Numbered from the stretch's first letter, positions 1 through 8,850 are shown. The stretch is 64,000 nt of DNA from Alphaproteobacteria bacterium (GCA_047635695.1 JBLILN010000001.1:140898-204897); one strand, 5' to 3'. The notes: a model not told the origin generated them from the letters alone. A program made the numbers and translations.

Positions 1-292
1 CATTTATCGCCACGGCCACCACTTCAAAGCCACCAGCGGCGTAGCGTTTTTGTAAAAAATTAAAGGCAGGCATTTCAACAATACAAGGTGTGCACCATGT
101 GGCCCAAAGGTTAAGCAGTACAACTTTACCTTTAAAGTCAGCCATTGAAATGGTATCACCTGTCATGTTTTGCCATGTTACATTGGGTGCTTGTATTGGT
201 TTCTCATAAAATGACATGACTTGCGCTTGGGCAGTGCCTGCGCCTATACAATAAAATAAAGTCGAAAATATCAAGTTATGTAAATGCTTCAA
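1..292 (-). CDS. Thioredoxin-fold thiol:disulfide oxidoreductase (TlpA/ResA/DsbE-like); 3' end cut by the window edge
   Basis: Not in the ORF track because it is open at the edge. My minus-strand translation reads (L)KHLHNLIFSTLFYCIGAGTAQAQVMSFYEKPIQAPNVTWQNMTGDTISMADFKGKVVLLNLWATWCTPCIVEMPAFNFLQKRYAAGGFEVVAVAIN. It has a signal-like N-terminus and a WCxxC active site (codons at 83-97). A TTG at 290-292 is a possible start; ATG at 215-217 is the alternative. Confidence 0.75.
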   Translation of the reverse strand, partial: MKHLHNLIFSTLFYCIGAGTAQAQVMSFYEKPIQAPNVTWQNMTGDTISMADFKGKVVLLNLWATWCTPCIVEMPAFNFLQKRYAAGGFEVVAVAIN

Positions 293-366
293 TTGCGCTC
301 GCTGCCTTGTTGTTGTAATGTTAAGTCTATTATATGAACCAATAACGAGAACCGCAAATGTTTAAC

Positions 367-486
367 ATGAAAAACATCAAATTACTTATTATTCTAACAA
401 TTTTGGCTTTACCGCTTGCGGCCTGTGGCCAGCGTGCGGCACTTCAAACGTCGGATGAAGCTATTATAGATAGCAATTCTTACTAA
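367..486 (+). CDS. Small (39 aa) lipoprotein, possibly LptM/YifL-like
   Basis: Below the ORF-track size cutoff. Translation is MKNIKLLIILTILALPLAACGQRAALQTSDEAIIDSNSY. It has a lipobox (L-A-A-C) followed by G, as in YifL/LptM-type mini-lipoproteins. The ATG is at 367 and the TAA at 484-486. Confidence 0.45.
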   Translation: MKNIKLLIILTILALPLAACGQRAALQTSDEAIIDSNSY

Positions 487-512
487 TTTCAGATGTAGGT
501 TTTTGTGCGCTG

Positions 513-1190
513 CTAGTTTGTGAAGCGAATGCGGTGCTCAAAGACACTGTCAATTTCAGGGTTGAAGAAGCGGCATGTCCATGTTGTTTCTTCACCGGCT
601 TCGAGTTTTGATTTCTCAGGGTAAGCAGGCCAGCGGTCAATTTCAACACCTTTTTCGTCATGTAATGTCACGATAATTTTAGGAACACTCACGCTGACGC
701 TATTGGTGTTCACAACTTTACCTTTGAATGTCAGCACCAAAGGTTCGCCGTCTTCGAGTGTACGTTCAACGGCATTTTTAGGGATAATAAGCCCCGTTGA
801 CGATTGCGTCATTTCTTTGTTGTCATTTGAAAGGCCTATGGCGCTATAAAAACCTTTAGACGCAGGGAAGAGGTTTTCGAAGAAATTTTGTGCCAGCAAT
901 ATGCCACTTAAAACCAGTGTGATAGAAATAAAGGCGCCAAGCGCGATCATTTGCAGTGTCTTTTTATTTTTTACAGCAGCCGATGCGTTGTCAGCGATTT
1001 CGTTGTCTAGCGTACTGTTGATAGGAGCGATTGGTGGTTTTTTTAACTCAGGCTCCGACTCAACTTTCGATATATATTCTTGTTGCCATGTGTGGCTGCA
1101 GTGGGAACAACGAACTGTACGGCCAGTTCTGTGGATCTGGTCGTGTTCTACGCTATAGCCTGTTCGGCACTGTGGGCAACGGATAATCAT
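513..1190 (-). CDS. MJ0042-type zinc-ribbon protein with a TM segment and a DUF3426-like C-terminal domain
   Basis: The N-terminus MIIRCPQCRTGYSVEHDQIHRTGRTVRCSHCSHTW carries CxxC...CxxC. A central hydrophobic helix follows. Divergent placement next to ftsEX is the usual alphaproteobacterial arrangement. Confidence 0.8.
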   Translation of the reverse strand: MIIRCPQCRTGYSVEHDQIHRTGRTVRCSHCSHTWQQEYISKVESEPELKKPPIAPINSTLDNEIADNASAAVKNKKTLQMIALGAFISITLVLSGILLAQNFFENLFPASKGFYSAIGLSNDNKEMTQSSTGLIIPKNAVERTLEDGEPLVLTFKGKVVNTNSVSVSVPKIIVTLHDEKGVEIDRWPAYPEKSKLEAGEETTWTCRFFNPEIDSVFEHRIRFTN

Positions 1191-1408
1191 TGGTATGTTT
1201 TACTAAGCTTCGTCATATTTGTAAAATTAATTTATTACATATTAAATTATTACACTATGTGAATGTGACGCCCTGTGCAACCTTCTTTTAACACTTTAAG
1301 TGTAAATGTCTATAAAGTAGGCAAACGTGGTGTCACCTTCTTGCAAACGATACCTTTCTTATGTAACAATACCCCCATCAAAATTTATGTGAATAGGGGT
1401 GAATTAAG

Positions 1409-2125
1409 TTGATCAATTTTAATCATGTGGCATTTAAATATCGTAAAACAGATGGCTCTGCCGATAAAGACGCTGTACGTGATGTTTGTTTAAACATTGA
1501 AGAGGGTTCATTCCACTTCTTATCAGGCCCTTCAGGTGCAGGTAAGACGACACTTTTTCGTATGATGTACGGTGACTTATTACCAACGGTTGGTTCTGTG
1601 ACTTTGTTTGGTAAAAATGTGTCACGTTTAAACCGCGAAGAAATTGCCCACACAAGACGCCGTATGGGCGTTGTTTTTCAAGATTTTCGCCTGTTGGAAC
1701 ATTTAAATGTACGTGAAAACGTGTCGTTGCCACTTTCTTTGCACGGCAAGTTAACGCCCGAACAAGACAAGTGTGTCGATGAAATTTTAGATTGGGTCGG
1801 GCTTGGCGACAAGCTTGATAAACACCCAAGCCAATTAAGCGGTGGTGAAAAACAACGTGTCAGTATTGCACGTGCGGTTGTTAACCGCCCAAGGTTGTTG
1901 GTTGCCGATGAACCGACGGGTAACGTTGATGCGGCGATGGGTCAGCGTATTATGCACCTCTTTATGGAATTAAATAAACATGGCACCACTGTTGTTGTGG
2001 CCACCCATGACCGTGAACTGGTTGAAAGCTTCCCTTACCCCTGTATCTATTTAAAAGACGGTAAAGTTGTGACGAAAAACACGAAGACAGATCTTGGAAA
2101 AACAACATTAGGGAAGGTGATTTAA
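1409..2125 (+). CDS. ftsE: Cell division ATP-binding protein FtsE
   Basis: Walker A GPSGAGKTT, signature LSGGEKQR, Walker B LLVADEPTGNVD. TTG start preceded by GGGGTGA. Immediately followed by ftsX. Confidence 0.9.
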   Translation: MINFNHVAFKYRKTDGSADKDAVRDVCLNIEEGSFHFLSGPSGAGKTTLFRMMYGDLLPTVGSVTLFGKNVSRLNREEIAHTRRRMGVVFQDFRLLEHLNVRENVSLPLSLHGKLTPEQDKCVDEILDWVGLGDKLDKHPSQLSGGEKQRVSIARAVVNRPRLLVADEPTGNVDAAMGQRIMHLFMELNKHGTTVVVATHDRELVESFPYPCIYLKDGKVVTKNTKTDLGKTTLGKVI

Positions 2126-2126
2126 T

Positions 2127-2987
2127 ATGTTTAAACCCATTGCAAAAAGTGCGAAAAAAGCCTTGTCCCTGCGTAAAGATACCGTTTTTCGCTTGTTGGT
2201 TGTTATGACAGTATTACTTGGCTGGTTGTCGGCTGTTGGTAGCGGTGGCTTGGTTGGCCTTGAAAATCTTTATAAAAATTGGCAGCTTGAACAAAGTAGC
2301 CAGGTGAGTGTTTACCTTTTGGCCGACGCCAAGGACGCTGATATTGAAAAAATGAGCTATGATCTTGAAGCACTTCAAGGCGTTGTGGCAGTAATACGTC
2401 TTTCTACCGATGATACAAAATTACTCTTACAGCCTTATTTTGAAGATGAAAGCGACTTCCCTTTACCTGTCGTTTTGGACGTTGTGGTGAATGAAAGCCT
2501 GCGCCGTAACCAATTTGACGCTAAAATTTATAAAACATTCCCAACGGCTGAAATTGACGATGCACGTTCATTGTTGACGACGGTGAGTAAAGGGGTGCGT
2601 TTTGCACAAATGTCGACCCTTGGTTTTGCTTTGGTGTTGTTTGTTATTATGGCTTTGCTTGTGTCACTCACGGTGAAAGCTGGTTTGCGTGGTAAACAAG
2701 ATAGTTTGGCTGTACTGCAATATGTAGGCGCGACCGATGGCTTTATTACAAGGCTTGTTGTGCGTCAGGTGCTTTTACGTAGCTTGATGGGTTGGTTTAT
2801 CGCTAGTTTTCTAGCTTGTGCAACGCTTTACGGTATGGGGGCTTCGTACCCGCAGTTTGCTGTTTACCTTTCACGTGATGTTTATATTGGCGCTATTTTA
2901 GCACCTTTGGTGTTGGTGATTGTGGCGGTTGTTGCCGCTTGGTTAACAAGTTATAACGTTGTGCAAAAGGCGCAAAGAAGTGCATAA
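2127..2987 (+). CDS. ftsX: Cell division permease-like protein FtsX
   Basis: Starts 2 nt after ftsE. One N-terminal TM, a periplasmic domain, then three C-terminal TMs, which is the FtsX topology. Confidence 0.85.
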   Translation: MFKPIAKSAKKALSLRKDTVFRLLVVMTVLLGWLSAVGSGGLVGLENLYKNWQLEQSSQVSVYLLADAKDADIEKMSYDLEALQGVVAVIRLSTDDTKLLLQPYFEDESDFPLPVVLDVVVNESLRRNQFDAKIYKTFPTAEIDDARSLLTTVSKGVRFAQMSTLGFALVLFVIMALLVSLTVKAGLRGKQDSLAVLQYVGATDGFITRLVVRQVLLRSLMGWFIASFLACATLYGMGASYPQFAVYLSRDVYIGAILAPLVLVIVAVVAAWLTSYNVVQKAQRSA

Positions 2988-3519
2988 GCCTACTGTTTAC
3001 ATAGCGTTTTTAAGCATCGTCGTTGCCTTTTTTTATATGGCAGGCCTTGTACTTTTTGTTATAAGTTTACCGCATAAGGGGGTGCCTTTAACGGTGGATG
3101 GTACAGACGGCTTAGCTATTTTTACAGGCGGTAGTAAGCGCATTGAAGTGGCTGTTGATATGTTGGCGAATGGTTACGAAAAACCTGTGTTGATCAGTGG
3201 CGTGAACCCTCAGGTCAGCAAAGAAGCGCTGGTGGGTCATTTACCTTTGGCTAGTCAAGCGCTTGTCACGGTTGACTATGACTCTCTTTCTACCAGAGAA
3301 AATGTTGTGGCTACAAAAAATTGGGCACAGAAACATCATATGAACTCTGTAAGCCTCATTACAAGTTTTTATCATGTACCGCGTAGCTTGCTATATTGGG
3401 GGCGTGAAGCGCAGTCCATGCAGGTGAACCCTTACCCCGTCTTTCCTGAAGAAATGCCGCTCCTGTTTATGTTAAGGGAATATCACAAATACATTCTGAC
3501 AAGTTTTTATATTATCTAA
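2959..3519 (+). CDS. YdcF/DUF218 family protein (SanA/ElyC-like)
   Basis: N-terminal TM, then LAIFTGGSKRI...LISGVNP...STRENV, typical of DUF218. The start is uncertain: TTG 2959 or GTG 2980. Confidence 0.65.
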   Translation: MCKRRKEVHKPTVYIAFLSIVVAFFYMAGLVLFVISLPHKGVPLTVDGTDGLAIFTGGSKRIEVAVDMLANGYEKPVLISGVNPQVSKEALVGHLPLASQALVTVDYDSLSTRENVVATKNWAQKHHMNSVSLITSFYHVPRSLLYWGREAQSMQVNPYPVFPEEMPLLFMLREYHKYILTSFYII

Positions 3520-3654
3520 TTTAAAGGTGTCAGTTAAGTAAAGCGAAAGTATTTAGAGGTTTGAGGTCGCCTGCTTGCTTTTTCTGGCTTGTTTCTTGCG
3601 TTGACTTCCATAAATATATTGACAGAGGTAATGTATGAAATGCAGACTGGAACG

Positions 3655-5424
3655 ATGATTAAAAAAACGAAAAAAATAGCCATTGCACTCAGTGTTGTTT
3701 TATTGCTTTCTTGTGTGTCCAACTCACAGGACAGTAAAGTTGTGAAAAAACAGCCTGATGATATTGTTAAAACTGTTGAAATTCCAATGGTCGAAGAAGG
3801 TTCTTTTGAAGATGGCCGACCTGTAGACATTGCCCCACTTGTAAGTAACTATTTAGCGGCACGTTTAAGTGAACGTGAAGGGCGTATCGCCGATGCAGCC
3901 TTTTTCTATGACCGTGCTGAAGCTGCGGACCCACAAAATAAAGAATTAAAAGAACATGCCTTTATATTGCAATTGGCACTGGGCAATATGGAAGAGTCTA
4001 TCCGCCTTGCGCGTGAATTGGTAGGTGAAGAGGACGCCATGCCGATGGGTTATATCCTTTTAGGTGCCGACGCTCTTATAGCTGGTGAACTCGACGAGGC
4101 AAAGCGTTCTTTTAAGCGCGCACAAAAAATTTCACCTGCATTATTACAGTTCCATGTTTTAGCGGCCTATATTGACCTTGAGCAAGGTAAGCCTGCGGAC
4201 GTGGTTGTTGCTAAATTAAAAGAATTACCCGTGGCCGCTGGCTTAAGTGCTGTGAGGCATTACCACTTTGCGCGTTTGCTTGAAAAAGCAGGTAGGCTTG
4301 ACGAAGCAAAGGTTGAATATGAATTTGCTTTGGAAGCAGACTCACGTTCTTCATTCACAATATTAGCACTTGAGCGCATTTATGAAAAAATGGGTGCCCC
4401 TGAAAAAACAAAAGCTATGTTTAAGGCTTTTTTCAAAGCGAACCCTGAAAATGTGATGCTGCTCAAGTCGGCTCAGCGTATTAAAGCAGAGTTACCTTAT
4501 GAGGCAGTAAGCGTCACACTAGCGCAGGACGCGGCCTCTGTCGTTTTTGAAATAGCGACCCTTATGTCGAGCCAAAAGCTACATATTGCCGCCGACCAAG
4601 TTCTGAATATTTCATTGCTGCTTGACCCTCACAATGCATTTACTTTTTTCTATAAAGGCATTACGCAAGAGCAGGCAGGGGCTTATGAAGAAGCTATCGA
4701 TACTTACAGCGCTATCCCCGTAGATGCCTATACTTGGCTTGGCGGTCAGATACGTATGGCAGACATTTATACCAAACAAAGTAAACCTGAAACGGCAATT
4801 GCTTTTGTTGAAGGCCTTGCCAAAGATCATGATAACGTCATTATACAACGTATTTTGGCCGAGTTATATTACAATAATGGCCGCTATGAAAAAGCGATTA
4901 AGCTTTATGATCACTTGTTTTCTTTAAAAGAGGATGAACCTTCTAAAAAGGACTTTTGGATGTATTTTGCAAGGGGTACAGCTTATGAGCGCCTTGCTAG
5001 GTTTGAAGAGGCTGAAAAGGATTTAAAGGAATCTATTCGTATTATGCCCAATAATGCCACGGCACTGAATTACCTTGGTTATATGTGGATAGAGCGTGAC
5101 AACCATATTGATGAAGCTTTTCAGTTAATTGGCCGTGCTTTACTTATTAAGCCGAAGGATGCTTCTATTCTAGATAGTATGGGCTGGGTTTTATATAAAA
5201 AGGCAGAGTTTGAAAAATCTCTCGTTTATTTAAAGCGTGCGGCAAAGTATAGGCCCGATGACGCAACAATTAACATGCACCTTGGTGATGTCTATGAAAA
5301 ACTGGAGCGCTTTGAAGAGGCACACAAGCATTGGCAACGTGCTTTATTGCTAAAACCGGAAACACAAAAAGACACTTTACATGTTAAAATGAAGCTCAAT
5401 GAAGTGTCGGCTAAATTAAAATAG
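3655..5424 (+). CDS. TPR-repeat lipoprotein
   Basis: Chosen start gives MIKKTKKIAIALSVVLLLSC with lipobox LLSC. The rest is repeated TPR-like A/Y/L patterns such as AEKDLKESIRIMPNNATALNYLGYMW and FEEAHKHWQRALLLKP. Confidence 0.8.
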   Translation: MIKKTKKIAIALSVVLLLSCVSNSQDSKVVKKQPDDIVKTVEIPMVEEGSFEDGRPVDIAPLVSNYLAARLSEREGRIADAAFFYDRAEAADPQNKELKEHAFILQLALGNMEESIRLARELVGEEDAMPMGYILLGADALIAGELDEAKRSFKRAQKISPALLQFHVLAAYIDLEQGKPADVVVAKLKELPVAAGLSAVRHYHFARLLEKAGRLDEAKVEYEFALEADSRSSFTILALERIYEKMGAPEKTKAMFKAFFKANPENVMLLKSAQRIKAELPYEAVSVTLAQDAASVVFEIATLMSSQKLHIAADQVLNISLLLDPHNAFTFFYKGITQEQAGAYEEAIDTYSAIPVDAYTWLGGQIRMADIYTKQSKPETAIAFVEGLAKDHDNVIIQRILAELYYNNGRYEKAIKLYDHLFSLKEDEPSKKDFWMYFARGTAYERLARFEEAEKDLKESIRIMPNNATALNYLGYMWIERDNHIDEAFQLIGRALLIKPKDASILDSMGWVLYKKAEFEKSLVYLKRAAKYRPDDATINMHLGDVYEKLERFEEAHKHWQRALLLKPETQKDTLHVKMKLNEVSAKLK

Positions 5425-5605
5425 CGGTAGCGACGCCTTGAGGCCTTTAGTCTGCCTTATAACCAGTTTCATTAAAGACGTGTATCAACACCTTTGATGG
5501 GTCTATAAGGGGCTTTAAGATGGCTTGCAAGTGTATGGTTTTGGTTTGAAATAGAGCTATTTTAAATTTTAATGATTATAAATGACTATAAAGTAAAATT
5601 CCCTA

Positions 5606-5634
5606 TTGACAAAAAAAGGGTAAGGTATTAACTT
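5606..5634 (+). promoter_or_regulatory. Candidate sigma70-type promoter for tRNA-Gln
   Basis: TTGACA (5606-5611), 17 nt spacer, TAACTT (5629-5634), about 50 nt upstream of the tRNA. Pattern match only. Confidence 0.3.
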
Positions 5635-5683
5635 AACCCTCGCTTATGGACATTCATTTGACTGTTACATAAGCAACCCGAGT

Positions 5684-5758
5684 TGGGGTGTAGCCAAGCG
5701 GTAAGGCAACGGTTTTTGGTATCGTCATGCGTAGGTTCGAATCCTACCACCCCAGCCA
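5684..5758 (+). tRNA. tRNA-Gln (anticodon UUG)
   Basis: Hand-folded cloverleaf: TGGGGTG/TA/GCCAAGCGGTAAGGCA/ACGGT-TTTTGGT-ATCGT/CATGC/GTAGG-TTCGAAT-CCTAC/CACCCCA/G/CCA. It has the U1:A72 pair, and the D-arm is identical to the E. coli tRNA-Gln D-arm as I recall it. CCA is encoded. Confidence 0.93.
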
Positions 5759-5810
5759 TTTATTCATACAAGGTCGTCCAGTAAAGTTTACTAGACGGCC
5801 TTTTTCTTTT
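5742..5810 (+). repeat. attL: tRNA-Gln 3' end plus terminator (left copy of the island direct repeat)
   Basis: TCCTACCACCCCAGCCATTTATTCATacaaGGtcGTCCAGTaAAGTTtACTAGacGgCCTTTTTCTTTT aligns with 15792-15870. Confidence 0.75.
5771..5810 (+). terminator. Rho-independent terminator after tRNA-Gln
   Basis: Hairpin GGTCGTCCAGT..ACTAGACGGCC followed by TTTTTCTTTT. Confidence 0.7.
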
Positions 5811-5871
5811 GTATTACACTGTCTTACTGTCCATTGCGGTTTAATGCCGTTTTGTGACATCCAGATTAAAA

Positions 5872-5946
5872 GCGGGTACATAAGCGGGTTTATTCCCCAT
5901 GTACCCGCAAAATACGGAAACAAGCAAAAGGATGTACCCGCAAAAT
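5872..5946. repeat. Cluster of three copies of an ATGTACCCGC core motif (candidate arm-type recombinase or regulator sites)
   Basis: ATGTACCCGCAAAAT occurs directly at 5899-5913 and 5932-5946. An inverted GCGGGTACAT lies at 5872-5881. The last copy overlaps the ATG (5945) of the DUF2971-int operon. Confidence 0.5.
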
Positions 5947-6859
5947 GGAAAAACCAATAAGCTTTTTTAAGTACACAGGTGCACATGGTGGAAGGCTTTT
6001 ATTAGAGAACCAAACGTTAAAGTGGTCTCGCCCTTCAGAATTTAATGATCCGTTTGATTGTCATCTTGATTTGGTCATAGATGATCTGGATTATGAATTT
6101 GTTAAAAATGAGTTATTGAGAAAGGCAAGGTGTGTTTTTGATTCAACCGTACCTCTTGATGATAATAATTTTTTTAACCTTACGATAACTAGTTTGAAAT
6201 CAAAAGGAACAGATTTTAATTCTATTCAAAAAATGCTTGAGCCTTTATTTGCTGAGATGTTTGAAAGTTTACCAAATATAGTTCAAAAATATGAATCTGT
6301 ATTTCAAACATTCATGTCTGCGTATAAATTGCTGTGCCTTTCGTCTGTGGTTGATGACAACTTGATGTGGTCACATTATGCGGATAGTCACAAAGGGTGT
6401 GCTTTTGAATTTCGTAGTTCTGATCAGAATAGTCCTTATAACGAAGCTAAAGCAGTTAGCTATCCTGAGTTAGCACCTGTTTATTTTGATGCCAATAAGG
6501 TCGTAAATCTTATGTGTGGTGATTTTTCTGAAGATTATCTTGATATGATACACAAATGCATCTATACAAAATCCCGAGATTGGGACTATGAAAAAGAATG
6601 GAGAGTCTCTTTGGGAGATGGGAGAACACCATCTGAGCCCTTTGAGTTTTTACCTTTCGGCGAAAGGGAACTACATGGGGTTTATTTGGGATGTAAAATG
6701 CCGGATGCTGATTATAAAGACCAAAAGGGTGAAAAATTGTTTGGTAAAACTTCACTTGTGAAGTTAATTCGTGAAAAGTACCCTCAAGCTAAAATATATC
6801 AAGCAAAGAAAATATACGGTAAGCGTGTTGTTGAATTCGAAGAATTAAAGGTAAAGTAA
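5945..6859 (+). CDS. DUF2971 family protein
   Basis: Motifs I recall for DUF2971: SRPSEFNDPFDC near the N-terminus, LMWSHYADSHKGCAFEF centrally, and WDYEKEWRV. The stop TAA directly abuts the integrase ATG. Confidence 0.6.
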   Translation: MEKPISFFKYTGAHGGRLLLENQTLKWSRPSEFNDPFDCHLDLVIDDLDYEFVKNELLRKARCVFDSTVPLDDNNFFNLTITSLKSKGTDFNSIQKMLEPLFAEMFESLPNIVQKYESVFQTFMSAYKLLCLSSVVDDNLMWSHYADSHKGCAFEFRSSDQNSPYNEAKAVSYPELAPVYFDANKVVNLMCGDFSEDYLDMIHKCIYTKSRDWDYEKEWRVSLGDGRTPSEPFEFLPFGERELHGVYLGCKMPDADYKDQKGEKLFGKTSLVKLIREKYPQAKIYQAKKIYGKRVVEFEELKVK

Positions 6860-8050
6860 ATGCCATTAACAGATATAAAGTGTAAAAACGCTAAAGTTCA
6901 ATCAAAGGGCTATAGATTACCTGATGGTGGAGGCTTGTTTCTATGGATAACGCCTACAGGTGGTAAAATATGGCGTATGCGCTATTACTTCCCTAAGGGT
7001 GGTAAAGAAAAGATGCTGGTTATAGGTGAGTACCCAATCGTTTCTTTATCTGAAGCACGTGAAAAACAAATGGAAGCTAAAAAGCTTCTTCTGCAAAACA
7101 TTGACCCTATGGCGACCAAAAAAGAAGAACTACAAGATATAAAGAATGAGCTAAATAATACATTCAAGGATGTAGCACTTCTATGGTTTGAACATAAGAA
7201 GGATAGTTGGACAGAGCGCAATGCTGGTTATGTTATACGTCGCCTTGAGCAAAAGTTGTTTCCTTATATCGGAAAAACCCCTATTACACAGTTAAAGCGT
7301 AAACAGATTCTAGAAGCAATACGCCACACAGAAGAAGCTGGTTCAAACGACCTTGCACACCGTTTGGCTCAATATTGCAAACAAATCTGTACATATGCCC
7401 AACGTGAAGAGATTATTGTTAATAATCCAACCTTAGACCTACACGTGAACCTTAAATCATACAAACAAGAGCATCATGCAGGTTTGGAGGCACATGAGAT
7501 ACCAGCCTTCCTAAAAACACTAGAGCGTAATGATGCGAGGCTATATGCAACTACTCGCTATGCTATCAAACTCTTGATGCTGACTTTTGTCCGTACAAAT
7601 GAGCTTATCAATGCGAAATGGGAAGAAATTGACTTTGAAAATGCACAATGGACGATTCCAGCAGAACGCATGAAAATGAGTAAAGCTCATATAGTGCCGC
7701 TATCTAAACAAGTATTAGAGCTGTTCAAACTACTCCATGAATTGCACGGCAATAGAGATTTCGTATTCCCTAATCAAGTTAATCCACAAAAGACGATGAG
7801 TAATAGCACTATTCTACGTGGTTTATATCAGCTTGGTTATAAAGGTAAACTTACAGGTCATGGATTCAGAGGTACTGCAATGAGTGCCATTATGGAAAAA
7901 TTAGGATATCGCTACGAAGTGGTCGATCTTCAGCTAGCTCATGCACCAAAGGACAAAATGCAAGCAGCTTATGCCAGAGCTACGTTTTTACCAGAACGTA
8001 CCAAGATGATGCAAGAATGGGCCGATTATATTGATGGATTGAAAGGATAA
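6860..8050 (+). CDS. int: Tyrosine recombinase/integrase, P4-like (DUF4102 N-terminal domain)
   Basis: The N-terminus MPLTDIKCKNAKVQSKGYRLPDGGGLFLWITPTGGKIWRMRYYF is typical of P4-type integrases. C-terminal catalytic elements are TFVRTNEL (R), HGFRGTA (HxxR) and AAYARA (Y). It lies next to a tRNA. Confidence 0.9.
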   Translation: MPLTDIKCKNAKVQSKGYRLPDGGGLFLWITPTGGKIWRMRYYFPKGGKEKMLVIGEYPIVSLSEAREKQMEAKKLLLQNIDPMATKKEELQDIKNELNNTFKDVALLWFEHKKDSWTERNAGYVIRRLEQKLFPYIGKTPITQLKRKQILEAIRHTEEAGSNDLAHRLAQYCKQICTYAQREEIIVNNPTLDLHVNLKSYKQEHHAGLEAHEIPAFLKTLERNDARLYATTRYAIKLLMLTFVRTNELINAKWEEIDFENAQWTIPAERMKMSKAHIVPLSKQVLELFKLLHELHGNRDFVFPNQVNPQKTMSNSTILRGLYQLGYKGKLTGHGFRGTAMSAIMEKLGYRYEVVDLQLAHAPKDKMQAAYARATFLPERTKMMQEWADYIDGLKG

Positions 8051-8054
8051 ATAA

Positions 8055-8768
8055 ATGGTAACATCAAAACCTAAATGGGGCGCTAAATATAAACCTCTTC
8101 ATGCTTTTAAGCCGACTGATAAAGAGTTTGAAAGTATAATTCAAGAAATAGAAAGGCACGCAAAGAAAAAATTAAAAGATACAAGTAAAGAAGAGCTTCT
8201 AAGGCTTGTTACTCTTACAAGGTCAAAAATAAGCTGTATTGATAGAATGCCTAACCGTAACGAATTAATTGCTGAATTTAAGCAAATAAAGAAATCGGTG
8301 GAAAATGTTTATAACATGATAGACCTTGATAATATTAGTGATCCTTTGAGAAGCTTAATGTCTCAATACCAAATAATAACTGGTTTAGTTGATGAGAAAG
8401 ATTCTTTATGGTGTATTCACCATGCTTCTAAAAATTTCATTAATACTCTATCTCCTCAAGTTGAAAACCACTTAGAGGTTAGCAGTAATATAGGTTATGA
8501 ATTAATTAAGGCACGTCTAGATGTTTCGATACAATTCGCTAAAATCCTAGTTGAAAATGATATCCCTGTAAAAAGTACTGTCGAAAGCGATTTTTCCACT
8601 ACATTGGAATCCTTTCTTATAATGCTTTCTTTTCAAATTGACAATAATAGCTTCAATATTCCAACCCCAGAAGACATGCATAAGTTGGTACTCGAAGTTG
8701 TTAAGAATCACCCTGAAGAATCAAAACTCTCAATTCTAGATTTAGGTGCAAAGTTTCCCGGGCTTTAG
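8055..8768 (+). CDS. Hypothetical protein (237 aa), island-encoded
   Basis: The ORF starts 4 nt after the int stop and has AT-rich codon usage like the rest of the island. No motif recognised. Confidence 0.5.
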   Translation: MVTSKPKWGAKYKPLHAFKPTDKEFESIIQEIERHAKKKLKDTSKEELLRLVTLTRSKISCIDRMPNRNELIAEFKQIKKSVENVYNMIDLDNISDPLRSLMSQYQIITGLVDEKDSLWCIHHASKNFINTLSPQVENHLEVSSNIGYELIKARLDVSIQFAKILVENDIPVKSTVESDFSTTLESFLIMLSFQIDNNSFNIPTPEDMHKLVLEVVKNHPEESKLSILDLGAKFPGL

Positions 8769-8812
8769 GGCTGACCTTGCACTTACTTCTACAAATTAAC
8801 CGTCCATAATAG

Positions 8813-8841
8813 CCTCATTAAAGATTAACCAATTAATGAGG
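8813..8841 (+). promoter_or_regulatory. Perfect 9-bp inverted repeat overlapping the alpA ribosome-binding site
   Basis: CCTCATTAA (8813-8821), 11 nt spacer, TTAATGAGG (8833-8841). The right arm contains the GAGG that precedes ATG 8851. Confidence 0.35.
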
Positions 8842-8850
8842 AATAAGAAT

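Noticed and set aside
464-661. 65-aa minus-strand ORF overlapping the 3' end of the zinc-ribbon gene
   Set aside because: It lies in an alternative frame of a well-supported gene, and no independent signals support it.
5727-5986. ORFs of 77 and 80 aa overlapping tRNA-Gln, its terminator and the arm-repeat region
   Set aside because: They run through a tRNA gene and a terminator hairpin. The region is better explained by the tRNA, attL and regulatory repeats.
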